Part shown: in pieces, positions 16,823 through 20,000 of the stretch | How positions within the stretch are numbered: the stretch's first letter is position 1 | How the letters are laid out: each line of letters begins with the position of its first letter | Origin: Lentisphaeria bacterium | Lineage (GTDB): Bacteria; Verrucomicrobiota; Lentisphaeria; JABSQK01; JAWLHB01 | DNA: 20,000 nt | Assembly: GCA_041690595.1 (NCBI GenBank) | Contig: JAWLHB010000019.1 | Location: 122,149 to 142,148 of the forward strand | Reading direction: 5' to 3' | Notes under the pieces: model-generated | What the model saw: only the letters and a program-made list of their open reading frames with translations | The model's database searches: none | Told to the model about the DNA's origin: nothing | Position numbers and translations under genes: made by a program

Positions 16823-17734
16823 ATGGCTTACAAATTTCCATTGATCCTCCTCATGGTGGCAAGTTTCTCAGCGGTTGCTGAAATCACCAGGGAGAGCCTG
16901 GACAAATTCTATGGTATCTTCTCCAAGCATTTGGCTGACGCGGGAGACGACTTTGAAAGTATCGGGCGAGAGCTGGTAAAGAACGCTAAGCTTGATATTG
17001 CTGAGGATTCCTCGGATTACCGGCAGCTTGGCATGATTGGTAAGGCATGGATCTTGGCTGCGGAAGGAAACATGGACAAGGCAAAGCAGGTGATTGGAGA
17101 GGTTGACGAGAATCTAATCGACCACCGGGTCGCTGAAGCGTATTATCTGTTGGCCAAATACGCGTTTTCCGGCGAGGTCGACTACATGATACAATGCTTG
17201 CGTACCGAGATTGGTTTCTTGATCTATTGCTCGGTGCTTCGTGACGACAGATTTGGAGAGGTGTTATCAGCTTTCAATGGTGATATTGCGGCCGAAATAG
17301 CACGGATTGAAAACCGTGGCGAAAAGGACGACTCTTCTGGCCTCGTAATACTACCGAATTACTATGAGGTTCTTTATATTGCCGCCCATAATGGCGTTGA
17401 TGAATCGCAATTGGCGCCCTGGCTACGCTACTTTGACTATTTCATGGCGTCAAGGTTCTCGTCACCCGAACACTCGTCTCTTGGTTCACCTGAAGAGAAC
17501 ATTCATCGATTCTGGAGGCTAGTGGAAGCTGGCTCTGATGAGCAGAAACAGGCAGCCAAAGCTGTGTTGCGGAAAGTGTTAGTATTTGCAATGCATAATC
17601 CGGGGCCTGAAAATGACTTTTATGTTATGAATAGCATTCACAGGAAAGATGGAAGAGAAATGTTTGATGCGCTGCGTTTTGATCTCAACAGGTGGGTTCG
17701 GTTTCTTGAAGACTTTGATCTTAATAGGCGGTGA
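16823..17734 (+). CDS. Hypothetical exported protein (303 aa), predicted all-alpha, possibly TPR-like segments
   Basis: Long ORF in low-GC DNA; signal peptide MAYKFPLILLMVASFSAVA|E; helical patterns KAWILAAEGNMDKAKQVI and AEAYYLLAKYA. Confidence 0.8.
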   Translation: MAYKFPLILLMVASFSAVAEITRESLDKFYGIFSKHLADAGDDFESIGRELVKNAKLDIAEDSSDYRQLGMIGKAWILAAEGNMDKAKQVIGEVDENLIDHRVAEAYYLLAKYAFSGEVDYMIQCLRTEIGFLIYCSVLRDDRFGEVLSAFNGDIAAEIARIENRGEKDDSSGLVILPNYYEVLYIAAHNGVDESQLAPWLRYFDYFMASRFSSPEHSSLGSPEENIHRFWRLVEAGSDEQKQAAKAVLRKVLVFAMHNPGPENDFYVMNSIHRKDGREMFDALRFDLNRWVRFLEDFDLNRR

Positions 17735-17739
17735 CTTTC

Positions 17740-17781
17740 AGGGATGTTTATGATGCTGTAAAGCATCAAGCGTTCCTTTTT
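17740..17781 (+). terminator. Possible intrinsic terminator after the 303-aa gene
   Basis: TGATGCT-gtaa-AGCATCA stem (17751-17768), extendable with G-U pairs to 17740/17777, followed by TTTT; begins about 5 nt after the stop. Confidence 0.45.
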
Positions 17782-17788
17782 GTACCCG

Positions 17789-17975
17789 CTTCGTGCTCTT
17801 CGTGTGCTTCGTGGTTCAAAACTCTGGCGTTTGCTTACCAGATTCATGCATGAACAGGGAAAGTCAGAATACAGACCGGACGGATTTCATCACGAAGAGC
17901 GCGAAGGGACACGAAGGATATCGGCGGCGGGACCAAACTGTCTTTCTCTGCGATCTCTGAGACCTCTGTGGCAAA
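17789..17975. repeat. Three more 9-nt-periodic elements: 17789-17820 (forward), 17885-17916 (reverse), 17943-17975 (forward)
   Basis: cttcgtgctcttcgtgtgcttcgtggttcaaa; tttcatcacgaagagcgcgaagggacacgaag; tttctctgcgatctctgagacctctgtggcaaa. Confidence 0.75.
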
Positions 17976-18122
17976 CCTGCCCTCCTGGCCACGCCCGACC
18001 GGATCGACTGGACACGCCATAGGGAAGAAGATATGCTGCACGTAACACCTCATTGGGAAGTCGCCATGGAAAGCTTGCCAGGCCAAGTACGGTAAATGCT
18101 GCGACAACTAGGGAAAAGTGGA

Positions 18123-19019
18123 ATGTCACCAAAAAAGACTGCGATCCTGGGTTTGTATCTGTTGTTTGGTTTTCTCTTTGCATCCGGTTCTGCGATCGGG
18201 CAAAATGACGGTGATGAGATTGCTGCCTTACGGCGCCTGGTGCCGGGTGTTAAGGGAAAACGGAATGTTGCCGTGTGGAGCAGCTCTCCTGGAGGTCTCG
18301 CGGGATTCGTGGAAGGTGCGGATAAGGCTTTCGAGCGCGAGCCACGACCTGAGTTAATGGAGGATAGGGTTTGGCTACTTGAATTGATGTACTCCGTGTT
18401 CTATGAACATGGAACCGTTGCCAGTGAAGCTACACCCCGTCTCAAGAGTATTGTTGAGAGCGATTCTCATTACTATTGGGATCGTGCCGACGCGGCCTTT
18501 TTGCTGTTTATGCATTACCGATCACTAGAATGGTTGCTTAAAAGCATGATTCATCATCCCTACTATGTGGCATCCGTGCCAGTTGTTTGCGGTAAAGACG
18601 AGATACTTTCCAAGCCGGTCCAGAGGTGGCTCTTGGAAAATGCGATCAGGGATTGCAGCAGCAGATTGCTTCCTCCAGATGTGGGCGGGGAGTCGACTTT
18701 CAAACCTGCTTTCCGACTAAACGTGTTGTCTTACCCTGAGTATGAGGAGTTCTGGCGATGGGCGATGTCGGGCTGGAAGGCCGGTGATGACCTGGAGATT
18801 TTCATGTCCCTGTACTTTTTTGGCTCTTATGGAAATCGTCAAGGTCTTCTTGCAGATGTTGACAAACTTATGAGATTGGGGAAGGAAAGCGGCCGCGGCG
18901 ACGCAATTTCCTTGATTGTCAAGAGAGCTTTAGCCCGAGGCTTGGTTATGAAGGGTGAGTTTGTGCTCACAGATGACCGTTCACTCGATCTCAATCTTCC
19001 TGCCAGTGAAGTCGAATAG
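18123..19019 (+). CDS. Hypothetical exported protein (298 aa), predicted mostly helical
   Basis: Long ORF; signal peptide MSPKKTAILGLYLLFGFLFASGSAIG|Q from ATG 18123 (alternative start 18096). Confidence 0.8.
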   Translation: MSPKKTAILGLYLLFGFLFASGSAIGQNDGDEIAALRRLVPGVKGKRNVAVWSSSPGGLAGFVEGADKAFEREPRPELMEDRVWLLELMYSVFYEHGTVASEATPRLKSIVESDSHYYWDRADAAFLLFMHYRSLEWLLKSMIHHPYYVASVPVVCGKDEILSKPVQRWLLENAIRDCSSRLLPPDVGGESTFKPAFRLNVLSYPEYEEFWRWAMSGWKAGDDLEIFMSLYFFGSYGNRQGLLADVDKLMRLGKESGRGDAISLIVKRALARGLVMKGEFVLTDDRSLDLNLPASEVE

Positions 19020-19089
19020 CGCCTGATCTCAATGACCATCGACCATCATGCATTTGTTGCCAAGGTTTAACCAACGGATAACACAGGCT

Positions 19090-19794
19090 ATGCCAATACT
19101 CCTTTCAAGACTATGTGTCCTGCTTATGGTTTTTGCATCATCAAAAGGTGAAGATTTCGCGTCCGTGTTCAAGTCCAGGATACAGAATCCTATCAATGTT
19201 GAATACAGGGCTGTATTTGAATCGCATGTCGATGGCAAGATCACTGGAAAAACAAGTTGTCTGGTAGAAATGGTATCGGAACCAACAAAGTCTGCTGAAG
19301 TGATCCTTACCTTTAAAAACTTTCTTTCCCTGAAAGAAGATTCCGATCAAAGCCCTGCTGAGATAAAGATTGTTATTCTGTTGGACACTGAAACTGGAGT
19401 TCCAAGTCTAAAGAAAAACGATTCGCCAGTCGGCAAGCTGCGGCCGAGCGGCAGGCAGATTATGGCTAGCATAATCGCAGAGGCAATTTGTTCCACACCA
19501 AGATTCAATGGTTCAAAGGCATCTTCTGAGGCGTATTTTCCAGTAGTAGTAACCGGCATAACGTCCGTATCACCTATCAGGTTTATGAATATCAAGGGCT
19601 TGCTCTACTTTATGAAGTTTGAGGCCGATTCTCATGATGGTGATTCTGTTGCTGCAGGAATCGGTCAATCTTGGGAAGGTGGCTCACTTGTTGATAGCAG
19701 AGATGGTTGGCCAATTGCCATTTCGTGGTTTATTGAGCCGGCGACGCCCGAGGGCGTTTCGATAACGCGTCTAACAGTTAACAGATTGAAGTAA
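19090..19794 (+). CDS. Hypothetical exported protein (234 aa), beta-rich
   Basis: Long ORF; signal-peptide-like MPILLSRLCVLLMVFASSKG|E from ATG 19090 (ORF-track start 19048). Confidence 0.7.
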   Translation: MPILLSRLCVLLMVFASSKGEDFASVFKSRIQNPINVEYRAVFESHVDGKITGKTSCLVEMVSEPTKSAEVILTFKNFLSLKEDSDQSPAEIKIVILLDTETGVPSLKKNDSPVGKLRPSGRQIMASIIAEAICSTPRFNGSKASSEAYFPVVVTGITSVSPIRFMNIKGLLYFMKFEADSHDGDSVAAGIGQSWEGGSLVDSRDGWPIAISWFIEPATPEGVSITRLTVNRLK

Positions 19795-19986
19795 ACCGGG
19801 GCCCCCATTAGCTGTCAGTTTCACCAACAATACCATATTTCGTGTAAAAACGCTGGCGTACTGGGAAGAGTATACGCAACTTCTTAGGTCTGATACCGAG
19901 ATTTCCAGACCTCAACTAGTCGAGGCTAAAATCTCGGGTCGTCCCGCCAATTGAATGCTCCAGAAAGTTGGGGGAAAGGAGACGAA

Positions 19987-20000
19987 GTGCCAATCCTGAG
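19987..20000 (+). CDS. Probable start of a further island gene (truncated by the window end)
   Basis: AAAGGAG RBS followed 5 nt later by GTG CCA ATC CTG (M-P-I-L). Confidence 0.4.

Larger units (their letters stand above)
16375..20000. other. Low-GC, probably horizontally acquired island (extends beyond the window)
   Basis: Hand counts of 60-nt rows: 22/60 GC (16741), 29/60 (17101) and 24/60 (19261), versus 43/60 at row 1261. The host C>>G skew is lost. The left boundary is approximate. Confidence 0.8.

Noticed and set aside
16375..20000. Integron cassette array
   Set aside because: RYYYAAC-like words exist (19065, 19769), but I found no correctly paired GTTRRRY with an attC-like stem after the stop codons, and no integrase is in view. 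An IntegronFinder run would settle it.

Overview
Bacterial window, probably from the PVC superphylum and most like Lentisphaerae/Kiritimatiellota (inferred from the prepilin style). It has two parts. (1) About 1-15.7 kb is high-GC and strongly C-skewed on the + strand. It holds two tandem minus-strand operons, each led by a prepilin-type (N-methylation, H-X9-DG/DUF1559-like) gene followed by large secreted carbohydrate-active-like proteins. Operon A is pilin, a 244-aa secreted protein, a 1530-aa CBM9-like/FlgD-Ig/NHL-propeller protein and an atypical nucleoside hydrolase; a GntR-HTH/LacI-sensor regulator is transcribed divergently from it. Operon B is pilin, a GH42-like protein with a CBM9-like domain, a GH123/DUF4091-like protein and a probable further gene running off the window. 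Both operons have a TTGTAT-N17-TAGAST promoter. No SusC/SusD or ABC transporter genes are in view. (2) About 15.7-20 kb has a tandem REP-like hairpin array, several copies of a 9-nt-periodic element, and a low-GC island lacking the host skew. The island carries three co-oriented orphan genes with signal peptides, interleaved with headless ORF remnants, suggestive of a cassette or orphan-immunity array. All family calls come from motif recognition by eye; no searches were run.
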